NCBI RefSeq assembly: GCF_001194135.2 | Contig: NC_068998.1 | Location: 54,553,132 to 54,617,131, forward strand | Direction: 5' to 3' | From: Octopus bimaculoides | Taxonomy: Eukaryota | DNA length: 64,000 nt | Shown here: positions 39,347-54,153 of the stretch, piece by piece | Layout: every line of letters begins with the position of its first letter | Position numbering within the stretch: position 1 is the first letter of the stretch | Program-made: the position numbers and the translations under genes | The notes under the pieces: model-generated | The model's input: the letters and a program-made list of their open reading frames with translations, nothing else | What the model was told of the DNA's origin: nothing | Databases searched by the model: none

Positions 39347-40630
39347 CTGTCTATTTAACTATATAACTATGTCTGCCTCTCCTCTGCTCTCTCTCTCTTT
39401 CTCTCTAGCCTTCTTTCTCTACCAATAAATCCACTTTGCAAAGTGATGTTTCATTGGCAAACTAAAATCTTGATAAACAGTAAAAACTTCCTTCATTTCA
39501 AACCTTTAACTTTTATGCATGAAACAAAATGATTTTGTTATTTTTTATAAACTCTGACAGTTAATCAGATTTAAAATTATCCTCAATGATGAAAGATTGG
39601 AATATATCTGTCAAAAGTAGCTCAATGGAAGGTTTAAAAGATCTTAGCATCACTTTTATAATTGAAAAAGGTGAATCTCAATCCTGGAATTCTTATTTAA
39701 TTATCAGTTAATTAGCTGCATTCCTTTCATGTGCAAGCTGTTGGGAAAATGGTTGAACTTCATTTTATCATCTTCATGAATATTTTCCATTTCAATAAAA
39801 TTGACAAACTCCAAAGCAATCAAATATGAAAATGGAAACATTTGCAACACCATTAACCAGAGTATATAAGACAGACGGGGAAATGTGAGAAGGGCCGCCA
39901 TTCAGATTTTCTACTGTTGGATGGATTTGTGGCATTCGGTATAGTGGTTTGATGCATGTATGGCTCTGTGGTTAAGAAGTTTGGTTCCCAATCACATGGT
40001 TTCAGGTTCAGTCCCACTGCATGGCATGTAGGGCAAGTGTCTTTCCACTATAGCCTAAAGTTGACCAAAAAACTTGCTAGACTGGAACTGTAAGAAGTCT
40101 GTTATATGTAGGAACATATTTCCTGTATTTCTGAGGAGTAGGGAACCACCCTTTAACCACTATTGTTTCCAGGTTTACTCTGACCCAAAGTAGTGGCACC
40201 TGCCAGGGTCCTAGCTGTGGATTAGGGCTTGCCTACCTATGCATGTAAAGATTGGAACCAGCAGACTCCCTGGAAGAAACCTTCATGGTTCAACGACAGG
40301 GAGGCAGCTGCAGAAATGCATTGTGGAGTGCATACAGCAAGATTAAAGCAAGCAAGACAACTTGGTCACCCACTGCATCCATTTCCATTCCCAGTTGTCT
40401 TGACCTGGTCTTGTCACTGGGTTGAAGATGGTCACAGGTGACAACGGTCAACTGACATCGGGGAATAGTTGTAAATGAGTACTTTTACATGTCACTGGCC
40501 ACAAGTGAGGTCACCAAGTACTTCACTAGTAGTGCTGCTGAAACACACTATCCAGTAATTATGAGTGCAACATATTAACCACTAAGCCACATGCCTATAT
40601 ATATATACATGCATATATATATATACATAT

Positions 40631-40672
<42 letters not shown>

Positions 40673-40739
40673 TTATTTATAAATACTTACATACATATAT
40701 AGTCCAAGTCATGCCAACATGGAACATGGACATTAAACA

Positions 40740-40774
<35 letters not shown>

Positions 40775-42341
40775 ATTTCTCAGCAGTTAGAAAGGATTAA
40801 ATTATAAGAAACTTTACAGAAATTTTGCTATTACCTTCTTCCTCAACAGCAAAATAATATTCTTTTCTTAATTTTTCTTTCCGAAGTTTTTGTACTTCTT
40901 CTTCTTCAGTCAATTCTAAAATAAATAAAACACAATTATATATAAACAAAAAGAAAAGGTTCTCATGTAACTCTAACGATTATCTTCCATGTATGTTAAT
41001 GACTTTCAAGTTTCTACAAAAATACATGAGACACACACATATTGATTTTAAACAGATATAACTGAACTACATTTTATCCAATTTTAGATATATTTTCCTT
41101 TGTTGTACCAGTTTGAGAAGGGTTTTACCATTTTCAGGCATGGAACTGTTCTGGGAGCAAGTATTACATTATTACACACTTTGGTTTCCACTGACTTCTT
41201 CACAATATTTTTCCTGCTTAGAAATCAATATTTATCTTAGAAAACCGATATTTTTCTCTGACATGGTACCAGCTTTCCAATATCTTACACACTAGATATC
41301 TCTTAACTACTAAACTATTCCCTAATGTTGTTGTTGTTGTTATGTTTTTTTTTTATTGTATTCCAATACCAGCTGTTCACTAACAAGGGATATGAGGCAA
41401 CACCCCTTATTTTTCAAGCACCCTCTGAAGTATTTGAGCTGTTCAAAGCATTACTATTTTCTGCTAGTACTCCACCCATATTTCAACCCCTATTTGTTCA
41501 ATGTACTTCTCAAGATATTCAATCACTGTTTCTAAGGCTCTGACAATTATTGGTTGGTGGCTACTACCTTTTTTTCAATGACCACAACTGCTTTACCTCC
41601 CAAGCTAACCTGTCATATCTAATGACTTTTATTCCCTTCTTTATCACATATTTTGTTATCAGCTGAACATGTTATATCAATGATCCAGCATTGTTTGCTT
41701 TACATCTCAATCATAACAAAATAACATTTCCTACTCTCTATCGCATGGTCACACTGAATCATAAAGTTCCTCAGGATTTTTGCATTATCATTTACGAGAA
41801 TGCCAGTGGGTTTATGTCTGTACCACTTTTCTGCTTTGTCAAGCCCATACTTGTTGCAAATAGACTATCTTTGCTATGTTGTCATCCTGCCTCTTATATT
41901 CTTCCTAAGCTAGTGGTGTACATTGACTGATAATATTAGGTTGAGGGAAAAGTTCGTGTGCCGAACATATGCCGAAAGTTGTGCCATCAATGCTGAAATT
42001 TACTGTGAGCAACTTGATCAAATCTATGATGCACTGGTTTAAAAGGACCCAAGACTTGTTCATTGAAAATGCGCTTTGTTTCAACAAGACAATGCAAAAC
42101 TGCATACCACCAGAAAGACCAGCAACTAGATATATATGTATATGTATATAGTTGAAATTTACAGAAAAACAGAAAGATGAAGACAGGTGTATAAACAACA
42201 AGCAGGTGTATTAGTTTAATGCTCAGGAAGTGAGCAAGTCTTTTACATTTCGAGCCTACGCTCTTCAACAGAAAGGAACAGGAGGAAATAAAGAGAGAGA
42301 GAATTAAAAAACTTGCGGATTTAGCAGTCAATCACATATAC

Positions 42342-42387
<46 letters not shown>

Positions 42388-44525
42388 ACGATATAGATAT
42401 TTAGAATAACAATTATTTATCTACTTTACACTTTTATTTATGGAAGAATTCAGAAATGACATTTTTGCAGACATTAAGATCTAGTATCATAAGTTTTAAA
42501 TTTTCCACTAAAATTTCAATTGAACTTTTATAAGAAGATTGATAAAAATTACTTTTGCATTCTTATGTAATTATCGAAAATGTTAAGGTTATTCATTAGT
42601 GCTAAGAAGCAGCAGCAATATACATTGGAGATTTGATGGGATTTTTCTTATTAACCTCATTATTTAGTACTTGATGCAGATACCAAATATTTCAACATGA
42701 AAATATTGAAAAATAAATAAATGAATGAAAATTCAAATTATTCCATTGAAAGAATAAATGGTTCCAATGGGAATTTGATTATTCACTGAATGTAATTCTG
42801 ACTCGCAGCTTTTTTTTTTTTGTTAGATTAAAGATTTTTGTGGCTGATATCTTTTTCTCACTTCTTGACAAGAACGAGATATGTAAGAGATATGTAATGG
42901 TAAAGCAGAAAGAATCTGATATGAAATCAATATTCTGTAGTTTTTAATGGCAGGCATTGCTTAGTTTCGACGAGTTTAGTTGCCTCTTTTGGGGATTTTT
43001 GTTTCATTGTCATTGCAAAGTAAAAAGAAGAATTCTTCAACAGCTCGCATTTACAATGTCAAATTGATAGGAAAAAGACCCAGATTCAAGAACTAAGAAC
43101 ATAAAAATAATCTGAGCAGAAAACAATTCCTTTTCAATAGTCAACATCTAGATTTCCAAAATGATGTAAGAGTTTCTGATGTTAGAGGAGGAAGAGGAGG
43201 AGGCTCTAACATCTACAAAATAAAACATTTAAGTTTTTATTGGCAATACAAAATACAAAACGATTATTTATCGAAATAACAAAAAAAGGTTCATTACTAA
43301 ACTCTACAAATGAAAATAATAGAGAGCTCTGGTTGTTGGCTAACTTTTGGCAGAATGGAGCATGGCGGCGGCGGGAGGGGGGGGGCGTTGATACTCAAAA
43401 CATGGGTTGAAGAAAAAAACAAAAAGAAATCCTTGAAAAGAGAGTTAATTAATCAGACCCAAATTAAGCAGTGCTGACGCTATTAAAAGTTGGATTTATC
43501 ATGTTCTGTCTTTTATTGATGATAATTGGGTGAAGAAATGTTGAAGAATTCAACTTGAAGAAGTGTGAAGGAAATAGAAAGCGTGAAGAAGAAGTGCTGG
43601 AGGTTGATCTCAAGGTTTCTGAAGCTCAAAGAAAATGACGACCACAAATAAAGGGTGGGACACTGAGTTGGAGAAGACCAGTCCTACGCACGTATGCTGA
43701 AATATGGGTCAGAAAACAACGAGAATGGTGGTGGTGGTGGTGCTGCTGCTGGGGATGATGATGATGATGATGGTGGCAATGGTGGTGGTGATGATAATCA
43801 TCATCATCATCATTATGGTAGTGACAAGAACAATATCACATTGTGAAAATTGTTTAAAAAAAGCGTATTATGACAAGCAGAAATCTTATTCTAAAATACA
43901 TGACAGAATTATATTTAGTGAACCATTTATAATTCCTTTTCGAACTACTTATTCCTGGAATGAAATCATTTCAATTTTTCAATTCAATTTAATATTAAAT
44001 TATTCTCTTTATGCACCAACTTAGAAATAATAAAATTCCATTGAATTTCCATACGACATTAATGCCGGTTCCTAGAATTCATTCTTGCAACACTGCCATT
44101 GACTCTCAGAGTTTTTGCTTTAAAATTCTATCTATTCTAAGTGAGTTGTCTTTTAGCAAATATTTCCAAATAACAATCCTTTCTAATATAGGCACAAAGC
44201 CTGAAATTTTGGTGGAGAGGGGACCCAGTTGATTCCATTGATTCCCAAAAGGATAAAAGCAAAGTCCATCTCAGCAGAATTTGAACTTAGAATATAAACA
44301 CGGATGTAATCCTCCAGTCGGCTAATTTTTCTGTTTTCTAGATTTTGTGGGGAGGGGGACAGTCAATCACATCAACCCATTACTCAACAGGTACTTAATT
44401 TATCAACCCCAAAAAGATGAAAGGCAAAGTCGAACTTGACGGAATTTGAACTCAGAACATAGCGACAGGGGAAATACTGCCAAGCATTTCACCCGGCGTG
44501 CTAACAATTCTGCCAGCTCGCTGCC

Positions 44526-44610
<85 letters not shown>

Positions 44611-47600
44611 TGATGATGATGATGATGATAGATGGCTAGTACTTTATTTTATTGCCCCAGAAAGGATGAAAGACTCAGTTGACTTTAGCAGGATTTGAAC
44701 TCAAGATGTGAAGAGTTGGAACAAATACAGCAAAGCAATTTGCTCCAGTATTCCCCCAATTCTGACAATTTGTTGCCTAATAATAATAATAATGATTTTC
44801 CTTTTACTATATTGTTATAAAAGTCAAAATCAATATGAATAGTGCAGAAAAGTTATCTAAATTCCTATGTGTGTTATCTGCATAATGTACTTATTCCCAA
44901 CAATAGTTCTGAGATAAAACAAATATATTCACTGCCTTGCTGGGATTGGATTTTTATAAGATTTTCATATGTACTTAACACACACACACACATAAAATAT
45001 ATAAAACAAATTTCGCTTGCCATATATTTTATTTTTTCCCTATTTTTCAGAAGTTCTGTGATTTTTTTTTTCCAAATTAGATTTACTTTTGAGTTTCTTT
45101 TGTCTTTCCTCATTAATTTTTAAATATTTTGTTATTTGCAATAATTTCTATAATTTTCAAGAATGCAACAACTGATGTCTTTAGGTTACCAGTTCACACC
45201 TTACAAGAGGCATTCATTATCTCCTCAATAACAGACTGAACTCTACATAATTCTTACCAACCCATTCACCCATTCCAAGAGCTTGCACTTCCCTGGCACA
45301 GAGCTCTCAGGGTCACACTGAGGCATACAAGCTGTAACAAGGACTGGATCCTGTCGTGGACTGTAACCCTGTGTATTCCTAAAAAAAGATGGACAGTCAT
45401 GGTTGGAATGCCTTTGTTCATAAGTCTGTCTGCTCAACGAAGGCTAAACAACAACCACTCCCTGGATTCGTAGCCATTGTGTCCTTAAAAGGGATTAGAG
45501 TATCAATATTCCTTAGGAACGCATTGTAAGTGTTAAACTCTATGCATTGATATTTAATTCTGTCTGCTTAAGGGCTCCTGATTAATAAGGAAACAATTTA
45601 ATGATTATCTGCTTTGCTTTGGTCTTAATTATAGAAACGGTTAATGACTCGAGACACAATTCAAAACATGTTCATTACGCAACTATTAACGAACGTTGTG
45701 TTATGTCCAGCGATTGTAATTATTTGAAAAGAAAGGTTATAGTTGGACAGGAATAACTATCAAAGTGTGGCTGTGTTATTAAGAGGTTGGCTAGACAACC
45801 ACAAAGCTCCAAGTTCAATTCCACTACATAGTTTATTTGGATTGACAAAAGTCTTGTGAAGGAAATTTAAGAAACAGAAATTGTGCTGAAGCTGCCACTG
45901 TTTTAAAATCCAATTTTCTGTGTTTGCAGAGGTTGAACAGAGTTTACTGAGACAGATTTCCTAAAGTCGAATGCCCTTCCTGTTGCTAACCCTCACCTGT
46001 TTCCAAGGAATGTAATAGTGCCCCATACTTAGAAATGTTTTCACTGAATTCTGGAAATAAACAACACTGCTTGTATGACAGTGGCACTCATTTACAGCTA
46101 TCACACAAGAAGACACAAATATACACACATACATATGTGTGTGTGTATACTTGTTAATGTGTGTGTACACATAAACACACATGATAATTTCTGTCAACCA
46201 AATCCACTCACAAGGCTTTGGTTGACCAGGACCATAGTAAAAGACCCTTACCCAAGGATCCACACAATGGAACTGAACCCAAAACCATGTGGTTGGGTAG
46301 CAAACTTCCTAACCACACAGCAATGCCTGTGAATCTATATTTCTGCTGCAGCATATGAGGGTTGAACATAAGCAACGGGTCAAAGAAGAGAGCCTTGCTG
46401 TGTTTGCTCCCATGTAGGTTCTGTCCTTTTCAACCAGTCTCAAGTTCAAAGGTTAGGGTGTCAGTATTGGACACCATGATGACTAGAAACTTACCAAAAC
46501 TTGGAGGTGGAGTCATATCTTCTGATTCCTTTTTCCCTCGAACAATCCCAGTTTTCTTATTTCTTTTCTCTTTGATCTTTTGAAGTTTCTCAGCATGCAA
46601 TCGTTCTTTTTCTTTCTCCTGCATCTTTCTCCTCTCTTCTTCCTCTTCTGCTTCATGGATGGCTTGTTCTGAAGAAACCTACAAATGTTAAAAATTAGAT
46701 TTAGCAAAAAATGATGAAGCATAAAAAATCTGATTCGTCAAAATTCCTACCAGTAAATTCTAGGCAGATCATGACAGTTTATCTCTCTTATATTCACCTG
46801 GTACCTTGATGGTATGCTCTCGCCATCTCTCTGTCCCTTTCCCCCTCCAAACTCTCTCTTTTCAGCAAGACACTTGTTCTTCTTTCTCTATCATCCTTTC
46901 ACATCCTTTAATACGAGACTCCATTCAGTTGAAGGAGTCTTATCTTGAAAGTACTTGGTGACCTCACTAGTGCTGGTATGATGAAAAGAAAAGCATCTGG
47001 TCCACGCTATAAAATGGTTGGCATTAGGAATGGCATCCAGTTGCAGAAACCATGCCAAAGCAGACACTGCAGCCTCCTAGCATGTTGGTTCCTACCAAAC
47101 TATCTAACCCATGCCAGCATGGAAAAAAAAAAAGTATGTTGAATAATGATGTAAAACCAGTAACAAAACCAGAAAGAAGTGAAGATTTGAAGAGTCTGGC
47201 CAAGCCCCTCCCCCCTTTCACCTATATGTTGTTTTTTTACAACATCATTTACTTCAATATAAGAAATTTTGAAATATTATTCTCCACTGAGGGAGGTTTA
47301 TAAGTTTATCTGCCATTTAAGAATCTGTTGTTACAGAAGCAAATCATCATCTGAAAGAAATTCCTGAATTCTTGTATAATTTTTAACAGAGTGCTGCCTA
47401 TGTGTGTCAAGTGATTTCATATATTATATAATAAAATATAAGATAACGAACAGACTGGTTTTTAATTGCTTATAACATTGTTTAATGAGTAGACTGGTAG
47501 TCCATTGCATTCAGAGTTGATGAAGTAAAAATACCAGTAATAAACAGCAGCAGTTCAATCAGTTAAAGTCCAACATGATAAAGCGTTAGAGATGTGTGAG

Positions 47601-48996
47601 ATTAGCACACAAACGTTCATTGGATGATTATCTACTTATTAATCTTCTTAATTTCTCCTGGAAATTCCCTTACAAACTCTAACAGTACTCCAGAATCCCC
47701 CCCCCCCCCATGTACCTAAAGATTAAGTTAACATCTTTTACAGAATTAATGGAAACAGTGAGTGAAGTTTAGATGCAGTTTGATTTAATATTGGCTGAAT
47801 CACATCTGAGTTGTTTGATCAAGTCATTTATTGATTTTTGGTTTAAAATAATCCATAACTACACCATTATTGATTGAGTCTTGGAGTGAAGAACAACTAA
47901 TCTTTTACCTTTTACTTGTTTCAGTCATTGAATCATAGCCAGGCTGGGGCACTGCTTTGAAGGGTTTCAGTCAAACAAATCAACCCCAGTAATTATTTTA
48001 AGGTCTGGTACTTATTCAATCTGACTCTATTGCTTAATTGCTGTGTTATGGGAACATAAACAAACCAACAACAGTAGTCAAGTAGGAGACAAACACAAGC
48101 ACAAATACATATACAGGCTTCCATACAGTTTCCATAAATCAAATTCGCTAACAAGGTTGGCCCAGGGCTATGATTGAAGCCACTTACCCAAAGTGCTTGA
48201 CACTGGGACAGAACACAAAAAAACATGAGTGTAAAGCACACTTCTTAAGCACACACGTCTGGTAGCAGTGAAGATCTCTCTCTCTCTCTTAGAATTCACA
48301 GCAGCCAAATGTATCTCAGAAACTTCCAGCTATTCTTAAACAAGCATCACATGTCTTTGGAAAGAATGTTTTAGAAGGAATATCCACAACAAGAAATGCT
48401 AACCAAATAATTTATTTGATCAGCTACCTTTGTGCCGTAAGTAGGCTCAAAACTGACATAACCCAATAATAAAAATCTCATGAAAACTACAAGAGTTTCT
48501 CATATTAAACCAAAAACAACAAAGTTGGTAATTAGTGGGTTTCTATGAATTCCAGTAAAACTTTAAAATGGTGAAAAGAAAAAAAAAACTATCTCTACTT
48601 CAAATCCAATTACTTTCTTGGCATGGTTAGAATTTTTATTGTTTTATGTTGATGTTTCCACACTGGAATTGAAAGAATGGTTAGGGTTAGGTTTATGTAA
48701 ATTTGGAAACTTCTGTCATTCTGGAATAACTGTTACTTCAGTTCTGCATTTTAAACTGCTAACATTTCAAAAGTAAAGGAAGAGTGGGGAGGGAGTCAAA
48801 TCTCTCTCAAATTCAGTCAACCAATCCAAGGAAACAGAGAACATAAAAACAATGGTGATATTTGTCCAGAGCACAAAGCAGTAGACTGAGTAAACCTATC
48901 ACTAACGAACCTGTAATAACTACCGAAAACAACTGTAAGCCAAATTTATTCCAATAAAGGAATATTCTAAAATAACCATTATTTATACCTTGTCTA

Positions 48997-49030
<34 letters not shown>

Positions 49031-52000
49031 GAGCAAAAGGGACTGACAAAATAAGTGCCAGACTTAAAAATTAAGTACTAGGTTCGATTTACTGGACTAG
49101 ACCCATAAATGCAGCCCCACAGCAAGGCAGCAGCTGAAGCAAATAAAAGATGAAATAGCCCAGTCTACCTGGCTGCAGTGAGGTTCCAAGCCACACAGAG
49201 ATGCACCTAACCATTGCAACCTGTAAGAGCTCCCTATAAAGAACAAGTGGTTTCTTAAGCTTCAATGCTGGGGCCTAGCCCAGCCATAGGGTCTTCTTCA
49301 AGTCAATGAATCCAATAATAACCCAATGATGGATGCATTTGATTAGGAAAAGCTAAGCAATCGACTGATTATTAGACTTATGCACAAAACACGTAACACC
49401 TCCTTGATTGGTTGATTTGCAAAGAAAAAATAAGATCTTTATAAATAATTAGATTTAGTAACGATTGATTAAATTTCATTAAAATACTAGACTAACAATA
49501 TATATACGTACATATGTACACACATACATATACACACACACATACATATACACACACACATACATATATACACACACACATACATAATGCAACTAAAATG
49601 TACTTCATATTTATCAGACGTGTAAAGATGTTGCTATTCATTGCCAATAAATGTATTTTCACCAGAAACAAACAGCATTTTAACTTTTGCAAGTTTTTTT
49701 CCATTTCACTGATTCTGATGGAGCTAGAATCAGTGGAAATGGTAACCAGGTAGAAGAAAGAAAAATAAAAGAATATACCAAATCAATTCCAAGAGAATAC
49801 ACACCAAAAATAACAAAATAAAAAAATTTGGAACATATTTTAGTTGATACACACATACACACACGTATGTATGTATGTATGTAAGGACAGAAAGATTTTT
49901 TTGAATTACAAACAGAGAAACAATACCATAGAGAAAGTTCAGTGAGAACAATTTTATGAGAACAATTTATTTTGAAATAATTTACCACTTATTTCACAAT
50001 TTACAAGAAAATTTCAGAAATTTCTCTAGTTTTCTTTTATCAATCTATGTTTAGCTATTTCTTTGTATAATTCATGCATAACTCTGTGTGTGTGTGTATA
50101 TATGTATGTATGTGAGCATGTATGGCAGTGCGTTTATGTAAGAATGTATGTATTCATGTGTGTGTGTGTGTGATTATGTGTGTTACATGCAACTTTGAAA
50201 TGTGTATATGTATGTATGGTATGTATGAATGGTATGTATGTATGGATGGATGTGTGTTTATACAAGTATGTATGTCTATATATGTGTGTATACATGTATG
50301 TATTCACACATGTTTATATACTGTGAAATAATGTATAAATAAATATATCCTTTTTAAAACTTTTTTTTTTTTTTTAAATATTTGCTAAATGTATTTTTTA
50401 AGTTCTGAAGTAAGGAAAATTGAAGTCAGTAAAATAATGAAAGCATATTTTTGCAACATTTGTCTTAATTCTATAATTAATAACTCTTCTATGAAACACA
50501 ACTGAGTTATTCCACTAATGTCTGATAAACAAAGAAATGGGAATTCAATAATGCCATAGAGTGACATTGGGCATTATTTTCAGATCATATTGGGTTTAAA
50601 ATACTTCTTCCATTCTTTTACTGGTTTCAATCATTGGATTGCGGCCATGCTGGGGTAACCATGTGGTTTTGAGTTCAGTCCTATTATGTGTGTGTGTGAG
50701 TGTGAGTGTGCATCAACATGCATGCATACATACATATATGTATATGCATGCATGTGTATGCGTATAATTATCCAAAGGACTTTCACAATTTCCATTTACC
50801 AAATTTCACTCCCAAGACTTTAGTCAATAGAAGACATTTGCTAATGATAATGTCAAGTGGGAGCGTTCCAAAACCTACATGGTTGAGGACCAAACATGTT
50901 AACCACATGGCTAAATGAAGCTCATTTACCAATATTCACAGATCCTATTTACGGAGCCTATAGAGACCAAACTGATGGGTTTTCCATTAAGTGATCTTTT
51001 AGTTCTTTTACAAATTGGTAAGGAACTATGTAAGAAGTAACTATTTACTTAGTGAATTGTTCTCAAAGAATTATTCTTGGTAAATTCTCTTACATACAAT
51101 GCTAGATATTTCGGTAAGTGCTTGTTGATAGGAATATTGATAAGTCTCCAGAATATTTCTTTCTGCAGCTTCTGTGCCATCTTCCGCTCCGTCTTTGTTT
51201 GCTTTTTTAACCTCAGGAGAACAGTATCGCAACGTTGATGGATTTATCAAAGGAATCCTGAAATAGAAAACATTTTCTAAGAACTAAACAAAACAATTTG
51301 TAAAACGATCATATCTACTTTTCATTTCATCTGCTGCAGTTGTAAGTCTGCTTCCATATTTTACAAAGCTTGTGGCAAGCAATCAAAGGAACCAATGTCT
51401 GATCACTTGCTTTATTAGGATGACTAAGTTACCTGGTGATGTGTGAAGATGCATGGTTTAGTGGTCACAGTGATGAACTTAACAATTATAAGGTTCGTGG
51501 GTTCAATTCACACACTGTGTCATTCTGAAAGACACTTTTGTTTCATGTTGCCCCAGTCTGCTCTGCTGAAAATGAGTACCAGTAATGATTGTGGGATGTG
51601 AGAGGACCAAGGGAGTGCATATATCTGCCCACAACTACATCACAGTCCCCTGGAATAAATAGCTGAAGGGTACTATATTCTACAAGGTCACACATACTTG
51701 TGACTGAAGGGTTTTTTAAGCTTTTTAAGCACTTTTTGATGAAAAGAGATGCAACTCAAGGCACTTTTTTCAACGGAGTGCACACACACACACACACACA
51801 CACACACTCAGACAAAGACCTCCCACATAATTTCTGTGTACCATTTTCTATTTAATAAGTGGCAGCAGAAGACACTTGCCCAAGGTGTCACTCGGTGGGA
51901 TTGAAACTAACACTCTTTGACTGAAAGGTGAATCCCTTTAACACAAGTTTATGTCTGATTCTATACTGTTGCATAAAACAAAATCAATTAAGTAAATTTA

Positions 52001-54122
52001 TGCAAAGATTGGATGTATATAATTGGATGTATATAATTAAGTAAATTTATGCAAAGATTGGATGCACCAACACAACCAATGCTGAGCCAAATATTCTAGT
52101 TAAGAGTTAAAAACTTTGTTAATTACTTAAGTCGAATAGAAATAGTAATAAGCTCGTTGTTCTCAGGTTTCTCCTCTTCCTTTTCTTTCTCTTTTCCTTT
52201 CTTTGGTTGCTTTGATGAAGTTCGAGAACTTGCCCTGTCTTTTAATGCCTTCAAATCATGGGAACCAAGACCATCGTTCTCCAAGAATGATTCAGGAATC
52301 CCTGACTTCAAAAACAAAGAAACGTTTTTCACAAAATAAGCCAATTGAAGAATTAGAAGAGGTATTTTTCAATCCAACCAGCATTTTCACACAAATAGGG
52401 ACAACTTTCTGAGGCATGACTTTAGTTAAAAGACTGCTTACCATCTCCATTTAAGTGGAATTAACCTATGTATTGAAAATGACAATCATTGTTTTGTTGA
52501 TATACATACACACACATACTTTTATATATACAAACACACATATAAATACCTCTATAAATGTGTGTGTGTGTACGCATACACACACACATATACATACATA
52601 TATATATATATATTTTCTTAAAACTCCTTTATCACTAAATATTTTACAGTATTTAGCTTTCTATTCATATTTCTAGGTTCTCTGTTCATATCTGTGAAGG
52701 GCAGATTCAGTAAGTCATCCACCCTGGGTCAATGAAGTTAGCATCAATTATATCAATTATATTTGAGGAATCATTCTAATTCATTGTGTATTTTCCTTAA
52801 TCACATCTGGGGTGGGGAGTTCTTTTTTTGAGAGGCATGATGATAAGAAATAATTATTACCTCAAGAAGGGGAAGTCTTGAAAAATTCAGTTCTGCTATC
52901 GGAGGAACTAGTTTATCAGGAATATTGTAATAGTCCTTGAGTAAAGTGATTGTATCCTGGAAACGGTCAAGTTCTGTCTGGAAATATATTGAAATCTTTT
53001 GAATCAACCAAACCAGAGAAAGTGATAGAAATGAAGCAATGTTTATATTATAACATTTTTACAACATATCTGGTGATTTGTTTTATATTTATTATTGTTG
53101 TGCAAAGATTAACTGTTTCAATAACAAACAAAAAGACAAAAAACAAATAAAGACTAAAAAAAAAAAGAACAAACAACAGAACGCTGGCTCCATATTAATT
53201 TTCAGATAGGATTGTGGTTTCCCATTGAATATTGCTTCAAAGCTGGGAGTTCAACATCTCACATTCATTATTGACCGGTTCACTTTGAATCTTCCTCTTG
53301 CTAAATAAGATACTCTTTATGCTCAGCGATAAGGAGCAAACCATCACTCAAAAATGGAAAAACAAAAAACAAAACAAAAAGAGTTCAAAGCTACATGACA
53401 TCTCATCTGGTGAACCTGAGTTTCATGTTTGTAGCATGTACCAACACACACCGAGGTGCATGGCCTACTGGTTAGGATGTTGCATTCATGAGTGAAAGAC
53501 TGGGGGGTGGGGTTCAGTTCCTGGACTAGGTGGTACATTGTGTTCTGGGATCAAAACACTTCATCTCATGTTGCTCCAGTCCACTCAGCTGTAAAAGGGT
53601 TCCACCAATAGCTTGTGATGGATTGACAACCCATTCATTGGGGGTGGGCATAATAATCTCAGTCACTTATGCACCAGGGAAATTGGGTTGAACTCCAGTT
53701 TTAAGAGTCACAAGGCTCATGACAGTCCTAAGAGCCCTTCCAAACAAATGAAGGATGGGTGGTCATGTCACTGCGTGTTTTATATGGAAATTGATTTTGC
53801 AAACAAATATACAATAATAAAATCAAGTGAAAGGCAAATCAGACCATTTAAGCAGCAGAAGAATTCAATTCTACCAGAAACTCAATACAGATTCTGAAGA
53901 TACACATGTCGTATCTGTGACACCTGTCCAAACTGTAAACATCTCACCTGCACAAGCACAGAATTGTTGGCAGAAATGCTGAAAAAAATTCGACTTCTAA
54001 GAGGAAAAGGTGTCAAAAGAAAGACTTAACTGTGAGAACAAAAGGCTAAAGATCAAAACATGGAGTTACATGTTGCTAAATAGATTGAAGACTGTGGAAA
54101 CTATAGTGGGGAGAGAGGGGGA

Positions 54123-54153
<31 letters not shown>

